This document shows, one piece after another, positions 34,928 to 47,287 of a stretch of 63,673 bases of DNA (positions within the stretch are counted from its first letter, which is position 1; each line of letters begins with the position of its first letter). The notes beneath the pieces were generated by a model that worked only from the letters and a program-made list of their open reading frames with translations, was not told the origin of the DNA and ran no database searches. A program made the position numbers and the translations under genes. Source of the DNA: Gekko japonicus (taxonomy: Eukaryota). The DNA is taken from assembly GCF_001447785.1 (NCBI RefSeq), contig NW_015163604.1:1961613-2025285 (forward strand), read 5' to 3'.

Positions 34928-37062
34928 TTTGAAATATTAATCAAAATGATTTCATAAAAAAGAGTGTACAATATTTGCATCACATATCAAATGCAAGTGA
35001 AGACGGTGATCTCCGGAATGTGCTGCCGTTTCAACACAAGTCTTCTTCTGAACAGTGATGTATACATGTGGTGTCTCTCTATTTCATTTCAACTGATTCA
35101 TCATCAACAATTTCATGGATCTCTCAGGATTGTCTAATACATTGTAGAAACAGTTTCTAGAAAAGCCTTGTTGTTGGGACTGGACCACTTATGACTAAAG
35201 ATGGGGCACTGCTCGTTTGCATGCTTAACTATCTGCCCATCAGAAGGCTAGGCTGGACCCTCTTCCCTGGGATGCTTGCCGGTCTGCAGTAGCAGGGAGG
35301 AAGAGCAACAACACTTGCCACTTCTGGCCATGAGAAGTGCCGTTATGCAACCAGAATATGCCATTCAACAGGCAAAGATCACCTTTGGCTCTGTAAATTA
35401 ATCTACAGCTTAACTTCTGTACCCTGTAAGGGGTAAATTAACACAAGTTATACTTTCTTTCAGATGAGGCTCCTTGCACTCATGCCTTGCCTCGGTTTTC
35501 AGCTTCACATTGGGGTCAGGGGATGTTCATAAACTCTGCATTCCTATGGAACAGATCCCTTAGTTAATCCAAAATTGACATATGTGTTGGCTCATGCCCA
35601 GGTTCATCTTGTTTATTGGCATAGTGTCTTTGGAATTCATTGCTTCCAGATATTTGTTGGATCCAGCTCATCTTGCTCTTTACGGAGTGTCTCAAGGCAT
35701 GTTTATATGTGTACGTTTGTTCCAATTAAAGTAACATTTCATGGAGATTCCAGAGAGGTGGCTGTGTCAGTCTGTCCCTGCAAAATTAAATAGGAGACTT
35801 GTGGCACCTTAAAGACTAACAAAAATGTATCTTAGCTTAAGATTTCATGGCCTTGAATCTACTTAAACTTGTTGCTTGTCTTTAAGCTGCTGCTAGATTT
35901 CTCTTAGGTCTTATTTTACTTCTCTTCTTTCACTGGGTTGGATCCCCTGAACCTGTTTGCTGGCTGTTATGCTTTTTGTCAACACAAAGGGGCCTTCCCT
36001 GATGCAAGAAAGAGCTTCTTATGTCAGTGAATGGTTTCTTGCACTGGATGAAAACACCACTAGTGGAACTGCCCTAAGAAAAGGTAGTCCTTGGCTGAAC
36101 TACAGTGACCAACAGCACACAATGATCAGATACATCAAAAAGAGGCTTTCCTGCTAGAAAATTGTGCATTTTGCCTTTGAGATTGACATCTTATGCCCAT
36201 GACTTCTGAGCACCTATTACCTGAACTTCCTTCCCCTTCTGACCCCAGAATGTTATATGCAATTAATTCTGTTGCTGGAAGTTGTGTTGATCACAATGGG
36301 TACTTATCCAGCTCTTGGGCTCTGGTTGGTTTGTTTTGGGAGGGATGAGTGGCCAGCAAGTACCATTTAGTGGATCATATATCTGCTAAAGCAAAAATGT
36401 CCACAGCCTGAAAATAAACTCTGGAAATTGTGTCACTTTCCTGTGTTTATACCAACAACTCTGAGACGGCTTACCAGTCATTCTCAGAACTTGGCAGCTG
36501 CGGGCGCCAGCATACATTTTGGGAAATGGCATGCACCCTAGGCTGTCTGGATGCCACAACACACCCTACATTTTGCCAGTTTTCCTTCTGGGAACTATAG
36601 GCAAATATCTAGCAAAAATAAACAAACAGGAAATGAAGGATGGGAGGGAGGAATGAAAATCGTCTCAAGTTTTATGAGTAAATAAGCTTTTGAACTTTAA
36701 CTACCCAATATATTTTACACACCAAACTAACAGCTTTTCAAAAACATGCATAGGATATTACAGAAAAAATGGCCAAGGCAGCAAGAAGTGTGGCAGTTGT
36801 GCTGCGAGTGTATAAAACTGCAACATCAGTGCCTCGGTCAATCTTCAGTAGGTGTAAGAGATTCAAATCAGTCCTCAGCTCTTAAGCATGTTCAACTGTA
36901 CATGTAAGCAGTTCCCAAATGTGGTGCTTGAGGGTGCCATTAAAACATAAGACAAGCCCTGCTGGATCAGACCAACAGTCCATCTGGTCTAGTATTCCCA
37001 GTCTCACACAGTGGCCAACCAGTTACTCTGGAGGGTCAACAATAAACCCTAATAAATAGACT

Positions 37063-37340
37063 AAGCATGGATGACTTTAAAAGGGAATTAGATAAGCATA
37101 TGGAGCAGAGGTCCATCAGTGGCTATTAGCCACAAAGTATAGATAGGGGCTCTAGGGCAAGTGATGCTGTCTTCTTGGTGCTTGGGGAGGGGGGGGTCAA
37201 CAGTGGGAGGGCTTCTAATGTCCTGGCCCCACTGGTGGACCTCCTAATGGCACTGGTATTTCTGGCCACTGTGTGACACAGAGTGTTGGACGGGATGGGT
37301 ATTTGGCCTGATCCACCATTGGTGTCTCTTATGTTCTTAA
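37063..37340 (+). mobile_element. CR1 LINE 3' end
   Basis: SMDDFKRELDKHM and cttatgttctta tail; near-identical to the reverse complement of 59130-59405. Confidence 0.9.
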
Positions 37341-38454
37341 TAGGGCACAGAAGCTGCGGCCTTTCCCTGATGTTGCTTCCTGGCACTGATATTTAGAAGT
37401 TTACTAGTTGTCAGTATGTTTCCTGATGTCTATTTCTTGCTTGATGGTCGTGAACAGAACAGAAAAACAAAACGGGGAACAAAACAAAAAATCAATGCCA
37501 GCTTTTCTTTCTCTANNNNNNNNNNNNNNNNCCTAAGAACCAGAGATATTTCAGAAGAACCAGGAGGTTTCACCATCTCATTTAAAGGAAGTGCCCATTC
37601 AGAAGCAGCTGCCTCCATCACAGGAGGACTCTTGGCTTGGAACCGTCTGTTTTATGACCCCCCCCCCCCCAAAAAGGAGCCATTTTGTGGTGTCACATAC
37701 TTTTTCTTTATCAAAATCACCAAAGCAGTAACAAGGTTGGGAACACCTAGTTCAGAACTTCTCCATGGAACTGGTAATCTATCAAAGACCCAGGTACCAT
37801 CTCCATACTTAGTTATATATACAGTCTTAGAGGGTCCACCTCATAGAAAAAATGGTTCCCACTTGGCTCAGTGTTTGAAGGGCACTTAAAAGACATCGCA
37901 AAACATCTAGTATTACATTTCTGGGAGAATTCATGGCCAAGTATAGATCTGAGTCCATTCCCAGAGCACTCTACGATCTATTGGCCTGCACTACCCTTCT
38001 GGTTTAAGGTGAATTCTTTGGTCAATATAATTTTAGTCACTCACCACCTTTCTTGAATTGGTCAACACATAGGAGTTTGAGTTCTTTGAGCACTGTGGAT
38101 TCCTATATACGCAGTTTACATCAGCCTTAGATTATGTGTAATATATTAGAGAGGCATGCTATTGTGAGGTTAACAAGTCACATGGAGCTTACAAAAATAA
38201 GAACATTTCACGATGCAAGATACTGGGCCAGACCATTGATCACCTTTTGATTTTATTGTCTACTCTGACTCTTCTGCAGTTCTCCTGTTTATCTGGAGAT
38301 TCTGCATTTGAATCTAAACCCATGCATATTTACCATACTGCTCTACCAGCAGAGCTCTGTTTTCACACGGAATTTTGAACACTTCGCCTCAAAGTACACA
38401 AAGGATCCAGAAACAAATTTGAATGGATGACAAATTCAGTGATAGTGTTACATA

Positions 38455-38591
38455 GAGATTCAGGCGGACAGCCATGTTGGTCTGAAGCAGCAGAACAAAG
38501 TTTTGCATCCAGTGGCACCTTTAAGACCAACAAATGAAAGCTTATACGCGGAATAAAACTTTGTTGGTCTTAAAGGTGCCACTGGATGCAC
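38455..38591. mobile_element. Penelope-like palindrome (internally deleted)
   Basis: tgcatccagtggcacctttaagaccaacaaa and its perfect inverse. Confidence 0.75.
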
Positions 38592-39424
38592 TAGTGTCAT
38601 ATCATGACAGCTTGTTAGACTGGGACCTGGGAGACTCAGGTTCAAATCTCTGCTCTACCATGAAACTAACAGAATGACCTTGGGCCAGGCATACTCTTAG
38701 CCTAACCTACCTCACTGGACTGATCTGAGGATACTATCTAATACTTCAATACCTGGTATTAGATGGCACACCTTTTAGAATATCAGTTCTACAGGTACAC
38801 TGAAATGGGAGTTACCAGTCCATACTAATACTTCAATACCTCATATTAGTTGGCACACCGTTTAGAATATCAGAGTCCAAGCTAGAGGCTTAAGCGTTGT
38901 CTATGTAGCAATCTATCGTGATGGGACTTGGCATAGAGCCACTGCCCAGTGGAATCATGAAGCTAGTCTTTAGCCATCTGGCACCAGGTAGTCTCCTCAA
39001 CCTGATCAGAGAGCTCGCTTGATGGAACCCTCTAGAAGATGATGACATCTCCTGCTTCCCCCCTCCCATCTAGTTACAGAACTGAACACAGGTTCTCATG
39101 ATGGCCAATGTGGTAACATTCTTGAATCCAGCCTTGAAGGCGATAAGGATGGTGCAGGCAGGGAGGCCCAATTATAGACACCTGCAAGCCAGAGCAGGCC
39201 TGCTAATATTCATGCTAAGCCGGAAGGTGGGAGGTGGGGAATCAGGGTGCTTAGCCTCACATAAGTCCTCCAGTTTTCACCCACAGGGTAAGAAACTGAA
39301 GGTGTCTTGGTTTGCAGTTAATCGCAGTTTGCTGACAGTGAGCAAAACAACTACTTTGGTTTGTTCTCCTGCCAGCAGGTCAACATGCAAGCCAGGTCTT
39401 ATTTCCAGCAAGATAGATCAAGAT

Positions 39425-39615
39425 GGGTAGCCCTGTTAATCTGTCTGTACCAGCAGAAAATAACAAGAGTCCACTAGTGCCTTAAACACTAACAAAATTT
39501 GTGGCAGGGTATGAGCTTTTGTGAAGAAGTGGGCAGTAACTCTCAAAAGCTCATACCCTGCCACAAATTTTGTTAGTCTATAAGGTGCTACTGGACTCTT
39601 GCTCTTTCCTATTCT
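39425..39615. mobile_element. Penelope-like palindrome with decayed hammerhead
   Basis: Inverted arms across about 39461-39601; tgaagaagtgggcagtaactctcaaaagctcatac. Confidence 0.78.
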
Positions 39616-40715
39616 TTCCAGCAATGTGTGAAAGGAGAAGGGGACATTTTCCATTGTGAACAGAGCAAGGAATGCAGCCACAGAGTAAACACTTTATGAA
39701 AGCCGGCTCATCAAGACAGAAGTGAAATTTTTAACAAACAATGTCACCAAGCAAGCACCTTTTAGTGCTGTGGCATGGCTCTTTGCTACAGCCATATGAT
39801 GACTAGGCATTTAAAGACTGATTTTTTAAAAAGGTTTGGCATACTGCTTTGATTAGATGTCCCTAGCAAGAAAGCTGCAGCAGCTAAATCAGCTCATTTG
39901 TGGCTTTTGCCCAGGCCACATCATGAATTCATGGCTGAAGTGAATTTTGAAATGGCACAATTTAACTTACAATATATTGGATTTCAATAATTATGCAGAA
40001 TGAGACAATGTATGCACTGAACATATTTGCACAAGTTATTCAGCCATTGAATTCTGCTTTGGTGCCAAATTTTATAAGCTTTTTAAAGTGGAACCCTAAA
40101 TATTTCCCAGTAAATTCTTATAGTAAAAAAATAATAACATCACTATCCTCTTACAGCCCCTTTAAAAATGTGGACACTGCTGAAGCACCTAAAATAATCA
40201 AGGCTCACTTGGTTTTAATTGTGTACAACATGGTGTGTTATCCCATTTGCTATGCTGCCCTGTCAAGGATATCAATAACCAACTCAAAAATGCACAAATG
40301 CCAGATGGAAGGAGAGACAGAAATATGGTTGCAATTCCTACCACAGGGAAAGATTAACAAAATGTGCTACTAAACAAGATTTGTTGATTCAAACACACAA
40401 AATTAACATTTTCAATCATGCAGGTATAGAGACATTTTAAAGGCATATTGAGCCATTGTTTACTGGGGGCTATAACTTGTAATATAAAATCCATATTTAT
40501 TGCCAGCATAACCAACTCTTTGTACCATCCTTGCTGTCTTGCAAAAAAAAAAAAAAAATCAAGCATCAGCATAAATTTGGTTTTAAGGAATCTTCTGTTC
40601 CAAAAGCAACGAAAGGCTGCTGCTCTTATAAGAAGTATAAAACAGTTCAGTAACTTTAAATTTTATAAGGTTTTTCTAGGATGTATGCAACACATTTCCA
40701 AGTAGTAGTGATGAC

Positions 40716-41170
40716 CAGGGTGTGTTTGGATCTACCGGAGTTGAAAATAGACCCCAAAAAAACCTTATTGATTTTTTGGGGGGTATATTTTGGCATCCCA
40801 AAGTTATCCGAGATTTTTTGGGAACCCCTCCCCTAAATCTTGAAAAAATTCTGGATATATTTGAGAATTACTGGGTAGAAATGAAAAACAGTGGAGAAGC
40901 AGTGCAGACTGCTTATGCCTCTCAGCTGTGTCAGGCCAGCTGGCAGAAGCCAGCCCGGGGATCAGCTCTCCCAGCGGGGAGCGGATTGCTCCTTGCTGGC
41001 ACAGCTTTGGATGTGCAATTCCCCCCACCCATTTTTTTCTTCTAGGGTTTATTGGACCCTCAGAATTCAGTATTTGGAACCAGGATTTTTTTTTAGGAAT
41101 CCAGACCCCCCCCCCCCAGTCCAATAGAACCAAACTGAAAAATACCAGGGGGGGGGATTACACACCCCTA
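40716..41170. mobile_element. hAT-type MITE
   Basis: Termini cagggtgtgt / acacaccccta; perfect TSD gtgatgac. Confidence 0.85.
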
Positions 41171-41184
41171 GTGATGACCACAGG

Positions 41185-41445
41185 CATTGATGATTTTAAA
41201 AGCAACTAGAAGGGTTAATGGAGGATAGGTCTATCAGTGGGTACTAGCCATGGTGACTGAAGGGAATCTCCATGGTCTGAGGCAGTCAAGCTCTGAATCC
41301 CAGTGCCAAGAGGCAACATCAGGGGAAGGCCTCAGCTTCTATGCCCTGTTGCTGGATCTCCAGAGGGTTGGCCACTGTGTGAGGCAGGATGCTGGACTAG
41401 ATGGACCACTGGTCTGATCCAGCAGGGCTCTTATGTCCTTATGTA
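41185..41445 (+). mobile_element. Old CR1 3' end
   Basis: ttttaaaagcaactagaagggttaatggaggatagg...cttatgtccttatg tail. Confidence 0.75.
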
Positions 41446-41700
41446 CATCTTGATACACGGTGAAAGCTGGCTTATATAGATCCTGTGTGGTAGAGAAGAC
41501 AGTGTTGAGTCTGGACCCATGAGAAAGTGTTAGTAGAGGCAGTACGCACTGCTTTGGACTCCATGGAAAACAGGATAACAATGTATGGGACAGATTGGTA
41601 AAAGAGTGGTATCACCGGGGCATACCACCGCAGAAAAATGCTTCAACTCTGTGGGGGGAAATGACAGAAATCCTTTCAGATCGATCACCTATTCCAGAAG

Positions 41701-41706
41701 TTTATT
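41701..41706 (-). terminator. Candidate NMD3 polyadenylation signal
   Basis: AATAAA on the minus strand, about 150 nt after the stop. Confidence 0.5.
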
Positions 41707-41854
41707 AACCATTAATGGTACTTTCCTGCAGAATTCACTGTTCAAAACTAATTATTTTCAAACTCAAGTCTGTATGAATGCTTGTGATAGATGTCTGCAG
41801 GGACGTTTCTTTTCTTACAGGAGAACAATGTTCACATTAACAAAATCCACCAGC

Positions 41855-41988
41855 TCATTCCATTAACATATCAGCACCCTCTCCACCAGTAGCATCTTGA
41901 GATATCTGGAGATCCTCCAACATCTCTGCAAGGCTAATCCGGGGAATACCCTCGTCGTCTGTGTCACTCTCCACTGGAATGACTGGAT
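41855..41988 (-). CDS. NMD3: NMD3 terminal coding exon (NPVIPVESDTDDEGIPRISLAEMLEDLQISQDATGGEGADMLME*)
   Basis: Acceptor ctgtag|. Contains the leucine-rich CRM1 NES LAEMLEDLQI. TGA at 41857-41855. Confidence 0.97.
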
Positions 41989-42585
41989 CTACAGAACCAA
42001 AAGACAATGTTGAGACTTCCACAAATAATAAGATGACTTCCCCCTATAAATACACAATCAAATGACGCATCCCTTCCTGTATTGCATGGAACCTTGTATA
42101 GTATACTGAGAAACTTGTACATGAATTTTTATTAGAGGTATTTATAACACATGACCATGAAGGAGCTTCTTTCACTACTACAGTATACGTGAGATTTTAT
42201 TTTTCATTAAATGATGTAAACTAGTTGGATTTTTTTCCTCAACCGTTTAATCTACTTTGGCTTAGTCAAGACAAGGTTCGCTTAGGAATGTGAATTAGTG
42301 ATCAGTGATGTATTAAAGCACAAAGTTGGTCTGATGTCTCATCTACAAAGAAAGCAAACATCACAATTGTTATGAACAGGTGCCTATCATGTTTTCTTGC
42401 ACCTTCTTCTCCTAAAATTGGTTTAGAGAATTTAGCAACAAGGGCCAGAAAATAGGTTACACGCAGCCTTTCTCCAGAGTCAGTATCACCAATTGTGCAT
42501 TACAGACACTACAGTGGAGTTTCACAGAACGAGTATATTAATATATACAGAAAAGTGCCCAAGTTATTTCAGATTGGAAACTTAC

Positions 42586-42656
42586 TTTTAAATATATTGA
42601 CATTTTTTCTAATGGCCTCATCTTCTTCAAGATCTTCCAAGAACTCCTGGTACTGC
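42586..42656 (-). CDS. NMD3: NMD3 exon 11 of 12 (QYQEFLEDLEEDEAIRKNVNIFK)
   Basis: 71 nt, ttatag| ... |gtaagt. Confidence 0.97.
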
Positions 42657-43659
42657 CTATAAAATAATCATATTGGGAATAAAGGCGTTAATCTTAATAT
42701 TTTTTTTTTTAGGAATAATGTAAATCTTAGGTCCTTATACACAAATATCTTTTGGTCTCTGTCTACCCCGCAAACCAATATCCAGCTCCTATTGAAGATT
42801 TTCGAGGACATACATGATAAAATCTAAACAGAGCTACACCCTTCCAATCCCTTTGACTTCAATAGGATTTAGAAGGGTGTAATTCTGTTTAGGATTATCC
42901 TGATAACTGGTTTCAAGAATTCAGGATTAGAACATGGTTAAACAGCTCTAACTAAACCAATCAAACTCTGTGGCATCTCATTCATTATTGCACACATCAA
43001 GCACATTAGGAGAGGCCTTAACTATAACCCAAACTTTCACCTAATTAAGACTGGCTGGTTGAAAGACCAGCCCTCACCTACATTTCACAACACACCTATG
43101 AATTCAATTACTACCTGACAAGTCTATCCTGTTAAGAAAGAACAATACACTGGGTGGGCACAGAGAAGCACTGAGGTGACCTCATGCAAAACAAGGTACA
43201 AAGCAAGCATCTGCAACTACAGACAACAAGAAAAACCTTCAAAAGTGTCAGCAGGCACCACTGGGGAAAGGCCCTGGCCTCCATGCCATGTTGTTGGCCC
43301 CCCAGAGTGACTGGCTGACCACAGTATGAGACAGAAAGCTGCACTAGATAGACCACTGGATCTGATCCAGATTGGTTCTTATGCACCAGCTTGCCTTAGG
43401 GTTTCTTTCACAAGAGATGTTCTCTTAGCACTTCAGCCCTTGTCCAACTTCCTATGTCAAGTCAAGGCAAATCCCTGCTGACAGAAAGACTCCCCAAATC
43501 CTCATGGGAGACTATAACCCTGAGTTTAGTGGAACCAGACTAAAGGTTTTAACTTCCTCCCTACACTGATTTTTCAAATGAGTTTCAGACTTTGGTGCCC
43601 ACAGAGCCATACTTGGAACCTTAGTGCTTCAGAATATAAACCACCTTGTGATTAAGGAA

Positions 43660-45005
43660 ATAAGAAAAGCCTGCTTGATCAGACCAGAGGTTCATCATCC
43701 TGTTTCACAAAGTGGCCAACCAGTTGCCCTGGAAGGCTACGCTAACAGAACACAGAAGCCAAGACCTTCCCCGATGCTGACTCCTAGCACTGGTATTCAG
43801 ACATCTGCTGTCTCTGTATATGGAGGTTCACTTTAGTCACTGTGGATAGTAGCCACTGATGAACTACTCTTTTCCCATGAATCTGGATAATCCTCTTTTA
43901 ATGCTATTGATGCTCACAGTCATCACCACCTCTGCTGACAGCGAATCCTAGTTTACGTATTCGCTGAGTAAAGAAGTATTACCTCTTGTCTATTCTGAAC
44001 CGATCTGCCAACTATTTCACTGGGAGCCCTTGAGCTGTCCCTCCATTGCGAGAGCTGTCCATTTATTCCTACTCTCTGTTTCCTGCCACTTATTCAACTT
44101 CTAACCCATGAGAGGACCCAGTCCCTCTTATCCCATGACTGCAAAGCTTACTCTGGAAGTTTTGGGGAGGTACCTTGTCAACAGCCTTGGTGAGGCTACC
44201 TTGTCAACAGTCCATGGTGCCTACTGGATTGCCCTTGATTCATATGCTTGTTAACCTGCTCAAAGGATTGACTCCAAGAGGCTGGGGTGAAGCAGAATTT
44301 CCCTTTGCAGAAGTCATGCTGAAACTGAATGAATTCTTTACGTTTCTCAAACAATCCCCTTATTCTATTGTCACACAAAGGCCCAACTGGTTTCTTGCTC
44401 CTGATAGATCTCAAGGAATGCTTATTGTTTGTCTTAATATGGCTGCCCATCCACTCCTCAAGTTCTCTTTTTACTCTCCTTATTGTCAACTTACATTTGT
44501 TCTTCCAGAACTTGTGCTGATGTGCACCTTCAACTGCTAACTCCTCCCCTGCACTAACTAGACAGTGCATGAGGTCTGCAACCTTGGCATGAGGCAGACA
44601 TGTCACCATGTGGCCAAAATACCTGTCACAAACCCTGCTCTGCATATTCCTAACAACCAAATCTCCCAGTAGCCCACCTCTCCCCAACTCTAAAGAAGTA
44701 TCCTTGGCATGAGAGACACTGGTTCATCCTGCAAGGAAGATGTCCATGCAAACGGATTATTTTCACTCTCCTCAGCCTGATGTTCTCCTGCCTTGAGACT
44801 CTCACTCTTCACAAAAGCAGAAAAGAGCTCCAGCAGATCCCAAAGTGTCTGGTCCACATACACCTCTCTGTCTCCAGGTCGGCAACCCTAGCCACACGGA
44901 ATGAACCTAGTCCCTGAGAGCCAAGAGTGCCACACATCAAGAATATACCCACAATTTCTCAAGTTTGTGACACTCTTTGCAAAACACTGGATAGCCCCAC
45001 CAAAC
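43660..45005 (-). mobile_element. Old, internally deleted CR1 (ORF1 Zn finger and SGNH esterase remnants plus 3' end)
   Basis: GDLVVRNM...VTCLPHAKVADL esterase-like motif; ORF1 start gcaaaacactggatagcccc shared with the 60300 copy; CR1 tail at 43660. Confidence 0.8.
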
Positions 45006-45319
45006 CCTCCTGAATTTATATAGGTTCGTATAACATTGACATATCTCTTTGTCCTCTACCCACCCAGTTTTGTGAAGTCTGTGCTGTCATATTTGATTCA
45101 AAAATGAGAATATGCCATGGCTTTAGTATATTTAACATTTATAAAAGACGTATCCCGCTGGACACCTACTGCTATACTACCCATGAGAATTCCGGTATTA
45201 TCCTGAACACTGCATGGAAAATTCCAACAGGGCCCCTCTTTCTCAGCAACTTTATTTGCTCATGAACAATTCCAATATTCTGGGCTGATAAGGCAGGGAA
45301 ACAAAGAAAAAGCATGAAC

Positions 45320-45426
45320 CTTTCATCATCTGTATCCATGCCTTCTCTGTCTCTCTCTAGTTCCTTCAGTTTCCAGTTCCTACAACGCTGGCGCTTTGTG
45401 CGATCATAGCTCTTCTTGATTAATAC
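45320..45426 (-). CDS. NMD3: NMD3 exon 10 of 12 (VLIKKSYDRTKRQRCRNWKLKELERDREGMDTDDER; basic NLS region)
   Basis: 107 nt, ctctag| ... |gttcat. Confidence 0.96.
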
Positions 45427-46464
45427 CTAGAGATGGAAGAGAGGGGAAATGACACCAGGCTAGAAATACCACTCGCAGAACATATACAATGATCTCTTAC
45501 AGCATGAATCTAAATGAATATTTGTGAAGGCCTTAAGCTGAAGCAAAGGCAAAAGTGTCCTATATGGGATAATATGTACAAGGTGGGATAATATGTACAA
45601 GGTCAAGAATAAAGTTTGTCAGATAGTTTACAGGAAATCCAGTTTCTAAAATAAGATGCAAGGAAACTATAATGGACAGTAAATGGTTAATGCTTTAACC
45701 CAGTCTGAAAACACTGAGTGACAAGATTCAAATGAAATTCTACAGTTGAGTGTCAGCTAGGAGTGGCAGCTGAGAAATGACAGTTGATTGGGAAGGAATG
45801 TTATAAGAGTGAGAGGATCGAGAGGGATTCCCACTCAAGCATGAAGGATATAGCTCCTTGAAAAGGGGGGGGGGTTGATCCCTATCAAATGGTTAAGAAG
45901 GGAAACTGGAACTTGTGTGAATGTTTCTGCCTTCACCAGCTTAATTGTCTTTGAAACAAAGAAGCTTATGCTTGCTTATTTAAGCAGAAACTGCCAAGAA
46001 ATCTCTCTCCTCAGTGTCTAAAGACAACTAAATACCTTTGTCTATTGTTTACATTTATACAAAGTTACCTCATTCCTGTTGCCTGGTCACCTTCTAAGTC
46101 CTGAACCTGATATCTACATGACCATTTCCTCTCATAAGTCAAATAAAACAGTTCGTTAGTTTTGCATTACCATCTGCCTCTTGTTTGTCCTTATCAATCA
46201 AAGACAAAAGAAGGGTTTTAGCTGGTCCCTCAGATCCCTAGATTGGGTCAGCAGATATCTCTATACATTTAAACTGGGTGGGACAGACAGAAAAAGAAAG
46301 AAAATGGACTGCCCAGCCAAGAAGATGATAAGGGGATCATGGGGAAATTGTTACAGAAACCTATTTGGAGGAATATCCCTTAGACACTTCTGCTTCAGCG
46401 TAAGAGGTGCATTCCATTTGTGAAAGGCTCCAGGATGGAAGACACCACGCTTAATGGATCCAAC

Positions 46465-46670
46465 CACTGTTCCCTCTAAGCTGAGTTAGTGTGAGCTAGC
46501 TCACAGTTTTTTAGCCCCCGGCTCACACATTTTTATCTTAGCTCAGGAAAGATGGCTCCAGAGCTAACTAATTTATGCAGTAGCCAAATTGCTCGCTCAC
46601 AACTTTAATGCCAGTCACTCACAAAATAGAATTTTTGCTCACAAGACTCCAAAGCTTAGAGGGAGCACTG
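46465..46670. mobile_element. hAT MITE (CARTGTTCCCTC family)
   Basis: Homologous to the 4340, 19239 and 33764 copies; TSD degenerate. Confidence 0.88.
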
Positions 46671-46747
46671 GATCTGTAGGTTAATGGGTTTATAAACTTG
46701 CCTGGACAGTGCCTGAGTACTTAAGGAAAGAAATGCCAGACTCTTAC

Positions 46748-46820
46748 CACATCAGGAACTGTCTGGGGATTCATCTTATTTGCAAATTCATCATTTAGGT
46801 TGCAATTGGCCAAGTCAAAT
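46748..46820 (-). CDS. NMD3: NMD3 exon 9 of 12 (FDLANCNLNDEFANKMNPQTVPDV)
   Basis: 73 nt, ttctag| ... |gtaaga. Confidence 0.96.
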
Positions 46821-46974
46821 CTAGAAGATATAAAGAACAGAGAATTTTGTTGCAATTAGCCAAGTAAAATCTAAAATACAACTATAAAGAAGAGTGTGTT
46901 GTCTAACAAATCAGAGTATCAACATGGAGACTTGTAGTGTTTTATAAGAGGCATGAAATCAGGGAAGAAAATGT

Positions 46975-47287
46975 AGAAGAAGAAGAAGAAGAAAAGAGAT
47001 TGGATTTATACATCGCCCTTCACTACCCAAAGGTGTCTCAGAGCGGCTTACAAACTCCTTTCCCTTCCCCTCCCCACAACAGACACCCTGTGAGGTAGGT
47101 GGGGCTGAGAGAGCTCTGACAGAAACTGCTTTTTTTTCAAGAACAGCTCTTATCAGAACTACAGATTGCCCAAGGTCACCCAGCCAGGTGCAAGTGGAGG
47201 AGTGGGGAATCAAGCCTGGTTCTCCCAGATTAGAGTCAGCGCACTTAACCACTACACCAAACTGGCGCACTTAACCACTATACCAAA
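46975..47287 (-). mobile_element. tRNA-derived SINE (Squam3-like) with duplicated head
   Basis: (TTC)n tail; head gcgcacttaaccactacaccaaa repeated at 47239 and 47265. Confidence 0.88.

Noticed and set aside
38880-39420. 110-aa ORF 39098-39430 between the two genes
   Set aside because: No recognisable domain or splice structure; probably decayed repeat.
45617-46196. Possible solo LTR (AATAAA at 46142; similar hints near 12410-12770, 24770-25030 and 48420-49540)
   Set aside because: No matching TSD, PBS or polypurine tract could be established by eye.
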